A stretch of 64,000 nucleotides of DNA from Chitinophagales bacterium. GTDB lineage: Bacteria > Bacteroidota > Bacteroidia > Chitinophagales > JADIYW01. Under the pieces are notes generated by a model. It was not told the DNA's origin. It ran no database searches and saw nothing but the letters and a program-made list of their open reading frames with translations. This document shows, piece after piece, positions 28,620 to 38,315 of the stretch. The stretch spans positions 4,652 to 68,651 of the forward strand of contig JADKZZ010000155.1 of assembly GCA_020848475.1 (NCBI GenBank), written 5' to 3'. The stretch's first letter is position 1; every line of letters begins with the position of its first letter. The position numbers and the translations under genes are program-made.

Positions 28620-29360
28620 TTATTCTCGCCCATATTCTACTGCATATTGTTTCAGAATAAATCCGAAAACAGCATTGTTTTCATACGTCTGATTATTTAC
28701 AAGCTGTGCATCTAATCGCCATAACTCTTTATATACCATTCCAATATTTTTTGCATACTTCTCTACTGAATATACTTTTTGGACATTAGAAGAATCATTA
28801 ACTTGCAAAACCGTCATAGTCGAATCTGTGATTATGCTACCAAATGTATAATTTTGATTGACTTGTTTGACTTCGTAATTCCAATCAAAATTGGTAGCCG
28901 TAAATTTCAAATCTGTATAGGGAAAATGATTTAGCTCGTTGTATTTATTGCCACGCCAAATATTTCCGACAGAGACAGGAAATGTTACTTTTATATAACG
29001 AATATTATCTTCCACTCTTTCAGCATTCGTCGTATTTTTTACAATGTACCAAACATTATGTGGCACCCAAGAATGATTTAAACTATCTGTTACGTAACGT
29101 TCAACTTTTTTTGCTCTACGACCCAAATTGTCAATAAATTGTTCTGTAATAATTTCTTTTAGATAATGTGATGAAGTTCTTTTTAGATTCAATGGATCAA
29201 AATTATTATACAACACAGAATCTACTTTATAAATGACATAAGTGCCCGAATCATCAGGAAAATAATTGTACCCAAAATCAAACGTGACTGTTTCTGTCTC
29301 TTTTTTACAAGAAACAAACAACAACACTAAGACTAAGAAAGAAAGTGGTATTTTCTTCAT
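28620..29360 (-). CDS. lipoprotein, unrecognised family (paralogue B)
   Basis: The lipoprotein signal MKKIPLSFLVLVLLFVSCKKET starts at 29360 (track ORF extends to 29507). It shares blocks GYNYFP, YKVDSVLYNNF, EQFIDNLGR, AERVEDNIRYIK, IGMVYKELW and GFILKQYAVEYGRE with paralogue A. Confidence 0.6.
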   Translation of the reverse strand: MKKIPLSFLVLVLLFVSCKKETETVTFDFGYNYFPDDSGTYVIYKVDSVLYNNFDPLNLKRTSSHYLKEIITEQFIDNLGRRAKKVERYVTDSLNHSWVPHNVWYIVKNTTNAERVEDNIRYIKVTFPVSVGNIWRGNKYNELNHFPYTDLKFTATNFDWNYEVKQVNQNYTFGSIITDSTMTVLQVNDSSNVQKVYSVEKYAKNIGMVYKELWRLDAQLVNNQTYENNAVFGFILKQYAVEYGRE

Positions 29361-29621
29361 TGACATCATGCATAAATATACAAATAAGATGTAAATTTTG
29401 TTTAAATAGTTGGTACTCTTGCTCGTCTTTTTTGGTTTTAATGAAGGAAAATGACAGGAATTTACTTTTACAGCATATAGGAAAAATAATTTAGCGCTAT
29501 TTATCAAGTCATCTGATGTCAGGACAGTAATTTCTATTTGTATAAAACCTTCTTGTTTTGTATAACAATTTTATCAATTTTTATGATAGAATTCTATTAA
29601 ACAAATTAGCGAGCCATTCTG

Positions 29622-29629
29622 TATATTTG
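29622..29629 (+). promoter_or_regulatory. -7 promoter box (TATATTTG)
   Basis: TAnnTTTG match ending 9 nt upstream of the ATG at 29639. This supports the shorter start of the downstream membrane protein. Confidence 0.45.
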
Positions 29630-29638
29630 CTAAAAAAA

Positions 29639-30121
29639 ATGAATAATCAGCAAACTGTTGGAACAGCGTTTAAGACGATTTCCATATTTCATATTGCCAT
29701 GTGTGTTGGATTAATTGCCATTGTAGCTGTTTTTAGATTTATTGTAAAACAAGATAATACAGCATCAACACCAAATCAAACGATGGAAATCATAGGTATT
29801 GCCGTTGGATTTATTGGCATCATCTCTGCACGATTGCTTTTTTTTAAGCAAGTAAAAACGGCACATACTGTATCTGCATTAAAAGACAAAATTGCTATTT
29901 TCAGAAATGCTTTTATTATACAAATGGCCATATTAGAAGCTGCTGCATTGCTCAATGCTGTTTTATATTTCATGACAAAAAATGACATGCATTTTTTTAT
30001 TGCCGTAGGCATCATTTTATTGATGATAGTAAGACGGCCAACGCGCGCCATGGCTGGAATGACCTTATTTACCAGCATGGAAGATAAGCAAGTTATTTAT
30101 AATGATAGCACGCCTTTGTAA
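29639..30121 (+). CDS. small integral membrane protein (about 4 TM), function unknown
   Basis: 160 aa from MNNQQTVG, with four hydrophobic stretches. I recognise no family. The track ORF starts at 29558. Confidence 0.5.
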   Translation: MNNQQTVGTAFKTISIFHIAMCVGLIAIVAVFRFIVKQDNTASTPNQTMEIIGIAVGFIGIISARLLFFKQVKTAHTVSALKDKIAIFRNAFIIQMAILEAAALLNAVLYFMTKNDMHFFIAVGIILLMIVRRPTRAMAGMTLFTSMEDKQVIYNDSTPL

Positions 30122-30604
30122 TTACAGTAAGGCATTTTTACTAATTAGAATGCCATCTTCATCGCAATAAATAAATTGATTTGGATGAAAAATGACATGT
30201 GCAAAGTCAACTATAATATTTTTTAATCCTGGATATTTTTTTACAGATTTCGTTGGATTTGTATTTAGCGCTTTAATGCCAATTTGCATAGTGTTAATGA
30301 CTGCACTGTCTCTAATACAACCATTAACAATAATGCCTTCCCATTCATTTTTGATAGCTGCTGCCGCAATTAAATCGCCCACTAAAGCGCAACGCAAGGA
30401 AGCACCGCCATCGATAACCAGCACTTTGCCTTTTCCATTTTCATTGCGCAAGGTTTCGCCAACAGGCGTATTGTCTTCAAAACACTTTATCGTATAAATT
30501 TGACCATGGAATTGTTTTTTAAGTCCATAATTTTGAAAAATTGACATGGCGACATGCACCTTTCCTTCGTTAGCATCATACAAATCTGCGGTGGAAAATG
30601 ACAT
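30122..30604 (-). CDS. rraA: RraA family protein (RNase E regulator / 4-hydroxy-4-methyl-2-oxoglutarate aldolase fold)
   Basis: 160-aa ORF with N-terminal TADLYD, VLVIDGGASLRCALVGD, and GIIVNGCIRD motifs characteristic of RraA. Confidence 0.85.
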   Translation of the reverse strand: MSFSTADLYDANEGKVHVAMSIFQNYGLKKQFHGQIYTIKCFEDNTPVGETLRNENGKGKVLVIDGGASLRCALVGDLIAAAAIKNEWEGIIVNGCIRDSAVINTMQIGIKALNTNPTKSVKKYPGLKNIIVDFAHVIFHPNQFIYCDEDGILISKNALL

Positions 30605-30695
30605 AAAAAGATTTTTAAGTTGAGAAATATGCCTTTAAATTACAAATTAGATTTAAAAATCATAAAACTTGCTTCATAAATATTACATTTACTAT

Positions 30696-31625
30696 ATGGC
30701 AAAACAATATACTTCTTCATTAATGATGGTTCGCCCTGCAAGTTTTCAATTCAATATTGAAACAGCACAATCGAATGCTTTTCAGCAACAATTAGAAGGT
30801 TTAAGTAAGGAAGAAATAAAATGCAAAGCCATCGAAGAATTTGATGCATATGTTGAGAAATTACGCGAACATAAAATTGATGTTACAGTCATTCAAGACA
30901 CACCAAATCCAGCCAAGCCTGATGCGATTTTTCCCAACAATTGGATAAGCATGCATGCTGATGGCACTATCTATTTATTTCCAATGTGCACAGCAAACAG
31001 AAGATTGGAAATAAGGCCAGAAATCATCAAAGAAATTGAAAAAAAATTTGTGGTTAATAAGGTTGATAACATGAGTGCTTTGGCAAACGATAAGCTATTT
31101 TTAGAAGGCACTGGTAGTATTATTTTCGACCATATTCATCGCAAGGCGTATGCGTGTATTTCGCCAAGAACAGACAAAAAATTATTGAAAGAATTTTGTT
31201 TAAAAATAGGATATCAAGCAATTACATTTACGAGTGTTGACCTTCAGAACAAGCTTGTTTATCACACGAATGTGATGTTAACCATTGGCGATACATTTGC
31301 AATTATCTGCCTGGAAAGCATAAGAGATGAAGGAGAAAGAGAATTAGTAAAACAACATTTAGCAAACAGTGGACATGACATCATTGACATTACATTTGAG
31401 CAAATGCAGTCGTTTGCAGGCAATATGTTACAAGTACAAAATGTTGATGGCAAAACGTATGTAGTGATGTCGGAAACTGCATTAGACAGTTTAACTGCAA
31501 CGCAAATAAAACAAATAGAAATGCATACTGCAATTTTGTCTGTTGAAATTCCAACGATAGAAACTATAGGCGGCGGAAGTGCTCGCTGTATGTTGGCAGA
31601 AATATTTTTAAAAGAAAAAAATTAG
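30696..31625 (+). CDS. amidinotransferase-fold protein (arginine-deiminase-related / CtlX-like citrulline utilisation hydrolase)
   Basis: MMVRPASFQFN at the N-terminus, PDAIFPNNW, and a C-terminal GGGSARCMLAEI block with catalytic Cys, typical of the guanidino-modifying enzyme superfamily. The start is placed at MAKQYTSS (30696). Confidence 0.7.
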   Translation: MAKQYTSSLMMVRPASFQFNIETAQSNAFQQQLEGLSKEEIKCKAIEEFDAYVEKLREHKIDVTVIQDTPNPAKPDAIFPNNWISMHADGTIYLFPMCTANRRLEIRPEIIKEIEKKFVVNKVDNMSALANDKLFLEGTGSIIFDHIHRKAYACISPRTDKKLLKEFCLKIGYQAITFTSVDLQNKLVYHTNVMLTIGDTFAIICLESIRDEGERELVKQHLANSGHDIIDITFEQMQSFAGNMLQVQNVDGKTYVVMSETALDSLTATQIKQIEMHTAILSVEIPTIETIGGGSARCMLAEIFLKEKN

Positions 31626-32098
31626 CGCGATAAAATCGATTTCCATTTATCGCTTTCCGCAAATTCTTTAATGACTTTATTGCGTTGTTGCAATAATTTT
31701 ATCATGTATTTTTTCACGTAAAGCATATCTGCAATTACGCCAAAAATACCAAATGGTGATTTGTATTCAAAGATATCTATCAACACTACTTTTCCATTTT
31801 TTTCTTCAAAAATATGGTCGTGGTGATAAAAATCAAAGATGCCTTTTGTTTGTGAATCTCTGAAAATAAAAGGCCGTTTAAAATTAGAAATTTTAGAAGA
31901 AAGATATTGAGTAACACCTAAGTGTTTAGCTTGCCATGTTACTGTTTCGCCATCTTCGATAAGTCCAGAAGTTCGGCCAGCAACAGCTTCTTCATTTGTA
32001 TGTTTCATGGAATATTTATGCAAGTCAATACTTCTCGACAAGTCAAAACAAATGTCTATCGGAGCAGCAATTTCTGTGGTTAATTGAATAACTGGCAT
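31622..32098 (-). CDS. SRPBCC (START/Bet v1-like) superfamily protein
   Basis: 158-aa ORF. The N-terminal IQLTTEIAAPIDICFDLSRSIDLH pattern and the size are typical of polyketide-cyclase/SRPBCC family proteins. Confidence 0.6.
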   Translation of the reverse strand: MPVIQLTTEIAAPIDICFDLSRSIDLHKYSMKHTNEEAVAGRTSGLIEDGETVTWQAKHLGVTQYLSSKISNFKRPFIFRDSQTKGIFDFYHHDHIFEEKNGKVVLIDIFEYKSPFGIFGVIADMLYVKKYMIKLLQQRNKVIKEFAESDKWKSILSR

Positions 32099-32158
32099 AA
32101 ACTTATGTACTTAAATATACGACATAAAAAGTATTGAACCAATAAAAAACACAAGGTT

Positions 32159-33334
32159 TTAATGATAAATAAATTCGCCTTTATCAGAAGATATCGTTAC
32201 TTGTTTTTTATCAGCTGCTTCGACGTAACCAATTACTTGCGCTTCGACAGCAAATGAATTGGCAATAGCAATGATGATTTCCGCATGTTCTGGTGCGCAA
32301 TAAATTTCCAATCTATGGCCACAATTAAACACTTGATACATTTCTTTCCAATCTGTTTTACTTTCTTCTTGTATTAATGCAAATAATGGTGGAACAGCTA
32401 ATAAGTTATTTTTCATTATGTGTAAACTATCGACATAATGTAATATTTTAGTTTGCGCACCACCACTGCAATGTATAATACCATTTATATTTTTTACGCC
32501 TAATTCATCTATAACACGTTTCACGATTGGCGCATACGTACGCGTTGGCGAAAGCACTAATTTTCCGGCATCTAATGGACTATTTTCCACTTTATCTGTC
32601 AACAATTTTGTGCCAGCATAAATGAAATCCATATTGGTATTTGGGTCGAATGCTTCTGGATATTTCTGTGCATATATTTTTGAGAAAACATCATGTCGTG
32701 CAGACGTTAAACCATTGCTTCCCATACCACCATTATACTCATTTTCATAAGATGCTTGGCCATAAGATGCCAAGCCAACAATCACGTTGCCTGGTTTTAT
32801 ATTAGCATTATCAATCACGTCTGCGCGTTTAAATCGTGCAGTCATAACAGCATCGACAGAAACGGTGCGAATCACATCGCCCATGTCGGCAGTTTCGCCA
32901 CCCATAGCATGAATGTTCACGCCATTTTCGTGCATCATTTCTACGACTTCATTTGTGCCATCGATAAGTGCTTTAATCACTTCTCCAGGAATCAGATGTT
33001 TATTGCGGTTGATGATACTTGACATTAAAAAGTTAGACGTTGCGCCCACACAAATCAAATCGTCTGTATTCATGACAATGGCATCTTGCGCTATGCCTTT
33101 CCACACAGATAAATCGCCAGTTTCTTTCCAATATAAATAGGCTAACACACTTTTCGTGCCTGCTCCATCAGCATGAATAATAGAGCAATAGTTTTCATCT
33201 AGTGTCAAATAGTCTGGAAATATTTTACAAAATGCATTTGGAAATAATCCTTTATCTGCATTTTTTATAGCGGCATGTACTTCATCTTTTGTGGCGGAAA
33301 CACCGCGTTGATCGTATCTGTTAGTATTGGACAT
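32159..33334 (-). CDS. purM: phosphoribosylformylglycinamidine cyclo-ligase (AIR synthase), long Bacteroidota-type
   Basis: AIR-synthase-related N and C domains (HADGAGTK, GGETADMGD, IHCSGGAQTK). The start is placed at MSNTNRY (33334). The track start at 33355 overlaps the upstream gene. Confidence 0.8.
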   Translation of the reverse strand: MSNTNRYDQRGVSATKDEVHAAIKNADKGLFPNAFCKIFPDYLTLDENYCSIIHADGAGTKSVLAYLYWKETGDLSVWKGIAQDAIVMNTDDLICVGATSNFLMSSIINRNKHLIPGEVIKALIDGTNEVVEMMHENGVNIHAMGGETADMGDVIRTVSVDAVMTARFKRADVIDNANIKPGNVIVGLASYGQASYENEYNGGMGSNGLTSARHDVFSKIYAQKYPEAFDPNTNMDFIYAGTKLLTDKVENSPLDAGKLVLSPTRTYAPIVKRVIDELGVKNINGIIHCSGGAQTKILHYVDSLHIMKNNLLAVPPLFALIQEESKTDWKEMYQVFNCGHRLEIYCAPEHAEIIIAIANSFAVEAQVIGYVEAADKKQVTISSDKGEFIYH

Positions 33335-33344
33335 TTTAAAATTT

Positions 33345-33791
33345 TTAGACTCCAAATTGTTCTAAATGATGATTTAAGTGTATATACATGGCATCGCCCC
33401 AAAGTTCTTTGCTCATGTTGCCAAATATTGGGTGGCTACCATTAAAAGAAGATGCTTGAAGAAATGCTTGGTAAGTTTCAAGAAATGATTTTTTGGCAGG
33501 CTCGAAATCGATATCTTCTTTTACCAAAAATGCTTGTGCAGTCATCATATTTTTTGGCCATTTCGTCATTGCCTTTATCATCATCCATCGCGCTATTGGA
33601 TTGGCAACTACATAATATAAGGGTTCGCGAGGTACTTGTATTTTTTCGATAGGCACGGCAAATGCTGTTGTCATGTGTTTTAGCATTTGTGACACGCTCA
33701 TTTTTCCCCATTTGCGTTGTGAAGAAGCAGATAAATTGTTAATGCGTTGCATTATCTCTGATTGCGTGGAAGCGTTAAATAGATTAGGCAT
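33345..33791 (-). CDS. DUF1569 / DinB-superfamily protein
   Basis: 148-aa ORF with N-terminal ...INNLSASSQRKWGKMSVSQMLKHM and C-terminal HLNHHLEQFG, typical of the four-helix DinB-like family. Confidence 0.6.
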   Translation of the reverse strand: MPNLFNASTQSEIMQRINNLSASSQRKWGKMSVSQMLKHMTTAFAVPIEKIQVPREPLYYVVANPIARWMMIKAMTKWPKNMMTAQAFLVKEDIDFEPAKKSFLETYQAFLQASSFNGSHPIFGNMSKELWGDAMYIHLNHHLEQFGV

Positions 33792-33905
33792 ACTTTAATT
33801 ATGCTACAAAAATAAGCTATTTTTCCTTAGTGTAAGGACATGATTTTTTTAAATAAATGCTAATGAAAGTGAACTCGAATTAAACTATTATTGAATAGGA
33901 GCAAA

Positions 33906-35873
33906 TTATTCACTCACTATTTTAAAAGTTGTTCTTCTGTTTTTTTGATGTTGTTCTTCCGTGCAGGTTTCACAATCGCATTTTTCTATTGGCATTGTTT
34001 CGCCATAGCCTTTTGCCGTCAGCCTATTGGCATCAATGCCCTTTCCTATTAGATATTTCACTACGCTTTCCGCACGTTTTTGCGAGAGTGTTTCATTGTA
34101 TGCATCTTTTCCTCTACAGTCTGTATGTGATGCTAATTCAATTTTAATATTTGGATTTTTTTCTAACACATCGACGAGCAAAGTCAAGCTTTCTGTTGCG
34201 TCAGCACGAATGTCCCATTTATCATAATCGTAATAAATATTTTCTAAAACAATTTCAACATTTTTATAAATCTTTGATAAAATGATATTGCGTTCAATGA
34301 TTACCGTATCGCCATCTTTTGCCTCATTATTTGCAAATGTGCTTACTGCATCTACTTGTGACAAATAGCCATCTTTAGTAATATTATAAGTAAATTCTAT
34401 ATTTGCTGGTATTATTGTTTGGATTTTTCCTACAGAATTAGTTTTCATTTTATCTGCTTTAGGTAAGCTGATGATGGCATTTTCGACAGGAATTTGTCCC
34501 AATAATTTTGATGATGGATTATTTGGATTTTCATAATTATTTTCTTGCACATGCACATTCAATACATATACTGTTGGCGGCAATGGTTCTTTGGGTGGCA
34601 CACGTTTTACAAAATAATAAATATCGTCTTTGCCTTTGCCTCCACTTCGATTAGACACCAAATAACCATTGAGCAAGACAGAATCTTCTATTACCTTAGT
34701 TAATTGCAAACTTAAATCATCTGCTCCTGAGTTGACACCAAATCCTAGATTTTGTACATTGGTATAAATTTTACCTTCCTTTGTAGCCGCAAAGATATCC
34801 AATCCTCCATATCCAATTTTACTATTTGATGAAAAATACAAAGTATTATCATTGGCAATGACAGGAAATAGCTCATCTCCTTGTCCATTAATTTTTGAAC
34901 CTGCATTGATTGGATTTTCATATTCGCCAGCAATATTTTTCTTGGCGAAATAAATATCTCGTCCGCCATAACCATCTTTGTTATCAGAAGAAAAATACAA
35001 TTCGTTTTCATCTGTTGACAAATACGCTTGACCTTCATTTATGGTATCGGCAAAAAGCTGCACACGTTGTGGTGTGCTCCATGAGTCGTCAATATTTTTA
35101 TCTACTCGGTAGATATGACAATATTCATCTATGTTTTTATTAGCACTACCACATCTAGTAAAAAAGGCAGTTTTACCATTTTTAGTAAAAATAATATTAG
35201 CATCGTGATAAGGCGAATTGAATGGAGCACCAATATTTACAGGCGGATTGAATGCAATATCGTTTATTTTTTGTGAACTATATATGTCAGCATATCCTTC
35301 TCCAGTCCAATCATCAGTATTATTTTTGCCTCCACCTCTCGTCGATGAAAAATAGAGTATATTATCTTTCAAAAATGGAGAGAAGTCAATGCTTTCTGTG
35401 TTAATCTCTAATTTGATTAATTTTGTATTCTGCTTTGCTTTAGTTTGCTTTACTGCTGCTTGTAAAAAATCGTATTCTTTTTGCAAGCGGAATTTCTCTG
35501 TTTTATTGGCTTTAAGATAATCTTCTAATGTTTTTAGTGCTTCTGTATATTTCTCATTTCGTTTGAGTGCATTAACATAAAGCATCAACGAATTATCAAG
35601 CACACGTGCGTCTGCAATTTTTTTGTACCATGTTTCTGCTGCTATGTAATTAAGTTGCTTGTCATAACTTTGTGCAATTTTTAATGCAATTTTTGATTGT
35701 TGAGCAATATCTTTTGTTTTGCTATAATCTTTTTGAAGCATTTCTGCTGCCAGTGTGTATTTTTTTATTTTAAATGCTGTTTCGCCATCTTGCACTTTTG
35801 AAGATGACTTGCATGATGCAAGCACAAGGACGATACCAATACATAAAATGTTACAAATTCTTTTCATGCGCAA
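33906..35873 (-). CDS. OmpA family outer-membrane/peptidoglycan-associated protein with N-terminal TPR-like region and TolB-like beta-propeller repeats
   Basis: 655-aa lipoprotein-like ORF (…VLASCKSS). It has repeated ...LYFSS...GGxDIY... units, as in WD40-like TolB repeats. The C-terminal OmpA domain is ELASHTDCRGKDAYNETLSQKRAESVVKYL...GYGE. Confidence 0.8.
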   Translation of the reverse strand: MRMKRICNILCIGIVLVLASCKSSSKVQDGETAFKIKKYTLAAEMLQKDYSKTKDIAQQSKIALKIAQSYDKQLNYIAAETWYKKIADARVLDNSLMLYVNALKRNEKYTEALKTLEDYLKANKTEKFRLQKEYDFLQAAVKQTKAKQNTKLIKLEINTESIDFSPFLKDNILYFSSTRGGGKNNTDDWTGEGYADIYSSQKINDIAFNPPVNIGAPFNSPYHDANIIFTKNGKTAFFTRCGSANKNIDEYCHIYRVDKNIDDSWSTPQRVQLFADTINEGQAYLSTDENELYFSSDNKDGYGGRDIYFAKKNIAGEYENPINAGSKINGQGDELFPVIANDNTLYFSSNSKIGYGGLDIFAATKEGKIYTNVQNLGFGVNSGADDLSLQLTKVIEDSVLLNGYLVSNRSGGKGKDDIYYFVKRVPPKEPLPPTVYVLNVHVQENNYENPNNPSSKLLGQIPVENAIISLPKADKMKTNSVGKIQTIIPANIEFTYNITKDGYLSQVDAVSTFANNEAKDGDTVIIERNIILSKIYKNVEIVLENIYYDYDKWDIRADATESLTLLVDVLEKNPNIKIELASHTDCRGKDAYNETLSQKRAESVVKYLIGKGIDANRLTAKGYGETMPIEKCDCETCTEEQHQKNRRTTFKIVSE

Positions 35874-35995
35874 TAAGTTCTAACTACAACAAATATACTT
35901 GCTTGAAGTTTATTTTTTGAATATGCTATTAAATATTTCGAGAATAAATGAATTATTCTGTTGTTATTCGTATTCAAAGAAATTACAAAAGCATG

Positions 35996-36030
35996 TAAAT
36001 AAAAAACCTGCCTAAATCGGCAGGTTTTTC
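35996..36030. terminator. intrinsic terminator after glnN, bidirectional in appearance
   Basis: Stem aaaacctgcc / ggcaggtttt (36003-36012 / 36019-36028) with flanking A-run and T-run, 20 nt beyond the glnN stop. Confidence 0.7.
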
Positions 36031-36047
36031 TGTACTTCTAAAAAATA

Positions 36048-38240
36048 TTATTTAGTAAATAACATCTCACGATATTTTGGCAATGGCCATAATTCATCAT
36101 CAATGATAGTTTCTAAGTTGTCAGTAACATCTCTGATTTCATCCATGATTGGTCTTACTTTATCAGAATAGATTTGTGCTTGTTTAAGCGCATTGCTCAA
36201 ATCATTGGCTTTTACACGTAAATCGAGCATATCTTTTTCTAATTTTATTACTTTCTCAATGCCTTCAGAAATTTGTTTTAACAAACTTGATTGTGCACTG
36301 TATGATTTAGCATCGATGCCAATTTCTTTCAAGCCTCTGATATTGGTAATTAATTTATTTTGATACTCTAAACATGCAGGAATTACTTGATTGATAACGA
36401 TTTCACCTAAAGCACGAGATTCGATTTGGATAGCTTTAATATAGTTTTCCAATGCAATTTCATAACGTGCTTCCACTTCTCTATGTGAGTAGATACCTAA
36501 ATCTGCAAATAATTTAACAGAAGAATCAGAAACGAAAGCACCTAAGGCTACAGGCGCTGTTTTGTTATTGCTTAAGCCACGTTTTTTCGCCTCTTTATGC
36601 CAATCATCTGAATAATTATCGCCTTCAAACATGATACGTTTTGCATCTTTAATTGTTTTTCTAAGCACTTTTAATATAGCAACGTCTTTATAGTCACCAC
36701 CTTTGATATACTCATCTACTTCTACTTTAAATAACTTCAATTGCTCCGCAACGATAGCATTTAAAACAGTCATTGGCAATGCGCAATTGGCAGAAGAACC
36801 AACCGCACGGAATTCGAATTTGTTACCAGTAAAAGCGAACGGCGATGTTCTGTTTCTATCCGTATTATCTAGCATGATATCTGGAATACGGTTGTGAATA
36901 TCTAAGCGCAAAGTGATGTTATCTTGCTCATCAAATTTATCTTCATCGACACGTGATTCAATCATTTCCAATACTTCTTTTAAGTAAGAGCCTGTAAATA
37001 CAGAAATGATAGCTGGTGGTGCTTCGTTAGCACCTAGGCGATGCTCATTACCATGCGTAGCTACTGAAGCACGTAGTAATTCTTCGTGTCTGTTAACTGC
37101 TGCAATTGTATTTATAAAGAAAGTCAAGAATTGCAAGTTTGTTCTTGGCGTTTTTCCAGGAGATAATAGGTTGACACCAGTGTCTGTGCCCATACTCCAG
37201 TTGTTATGTTTACCACTTCCATTTATTCCTGCAAATGGTTTTTCGTGGAATAATACTTTAAGTTTGTGCTTACTAGAAACTCTGTCCATCACGTCCATCA
37301 ATAATGAATTATGATCAACTGCTAAGTTAGCTTCTTCAAACATTGGCGCACATTCGTATTGTGAAGGCGCAACTTCATTATGTCTTGTGCGAACAGGAAT
37401 ACCTAATTTTAAACATTCGATTTCAAAATCACGCATATAGGCATATACACGCTCAGGAATGGCACCAAAATAGTGATCTTCTAATTGCTGACCTTTTGGA
37501 GAGCGTCTGCCTAGCAATGTTCTACCTGTCATGACTAAATCTGGACGTGCGTAGTACATCGCTGAATCTACTAAGAAATATTCTTGTTCCCAGCCTAATG
37601 TAGTATATACATGTTTAACATCTCTGTCGAAATAGTGTGCTACTTCCGTCGCGGCTTGGTCTAATGCTTGGATAGATTTTAATAAAGGTGCTTTATAGTC
37701 TAATGTTTCACCTGTATATGAGATGAAAATAGTAGGAACACACAAAGTTTTTCCACTACCAACGGTCATAATAAATGCTGGCGAAGTAACGTCCCAAGCA
37801 GTATAACCTCTCGCTTCAAAAGTTACACGAATACCACCTGATGGAAATGAAGAGGCATCTGGTTCTTGCTGTACGAGTGCATCTGAACTAAATTCTTCAA
37901 TACCACTGCCACCTTTAGGCATAAAGAACGAGTCATGTTTTTCTGCAGTTGTGCCTGTTAATGGTTGAAACCAATGTGTGAAATGTGTTGCGCCTTGTTT
38001 CATCGCCCAAGCTTTCATTGCTGACGCTACCTGATCCGCAATTTCTCTATCTACTTTTTTGCCGTCTTTTATCGACGCTGCTAATTTTTTATATGCATCT
38101 GAAGGTAAAAATTCTCTCATTTCCTTCTCGCCAAATACAGCAGAAGCAAAAAAATCTGAAATTTTTTCTGATGGTAATTCTACATTTACTTTTGGTCTTG
38201 ATGAAAATGCAGATAATGCGTTAAATCTTGTTTTTGACAT
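36048..38240 (-). CDS. glnN: type III glutamine synthetase
   Basis: 730-aa ORF whose size and blocks (HFTHWFQP, NGSGKHNNWS, NEAPPAIISVF, DRNRTSPFAFTGNKFEFR) match GSIII of Bacteroides-type organisms. Confidence 0.9.
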   Translation of the reverse strand: MSKTRFNALSAFSSRPKVNVELPSEKISDFFASAVFGEKEMREFLPSDAYKKLAASIKDGKKVDREIADQVASAMKAWAMKQGATHFTHWFQPLTGTTAEKHDSFFMPKGGSGIEEFSSDALVQQEPDASSFPSGGIRVTFEARGYTAWDVTSPAFIMTVGSGKTLCVPTIFISYTGETLDYKAPLLKSIQALDQAATEVAHYFDRDVKHVYTTLGWEQEYFLVDSAMYYARPDLVMTGRTLLGRRSPKGQQLEDHYFGAIPERVYAYMRDFEIECLKLGIPVRTRHNEVAPSQYECAPMFEEANLAVDHNSLLMDVMDRVSSKHKLKVLFHEKPFAGINGSGKHNNWSMGTDTGVNLLSPGKTPRTNLQFLTFFINTIAAVNRHEELLRASVATHGNEHRLGANEAPPAIISVFTGSYLKEVLEMIESRVDEDKFDEQDNITLRLDIHNRIPDIMLDNTDRNRTSPFAFTGNKFEFRAVGSSANCALPMTVLNAIVAEQLKLFKVEVDEYIKGGDYKDVAILKVLRKTIKDAKRIMFEGDNYSDDWHKEAKKRGLSNNKTAPVALGAFVSDSSVKLFADLGIYSHREVEARYEIALENYIKAIQIESRALGEIVINQVIPACLEYQNKLITNIRGLKEIGIDAKSYSAQSSLLKQISEGIEKVIKLEKDMLDLRVKANDLSNALKQAQIYSDKVRPIMDEIRDVTDNLETIIDDELWPLPKYREMLFTK

Positions 38241-38315
38241 ACCTAATATATTTGTATGCTAATATCAATAAAATTTAACAGAAATAAGAGAAATTAAAGT
38301 TAAGAAATGAAAAAT

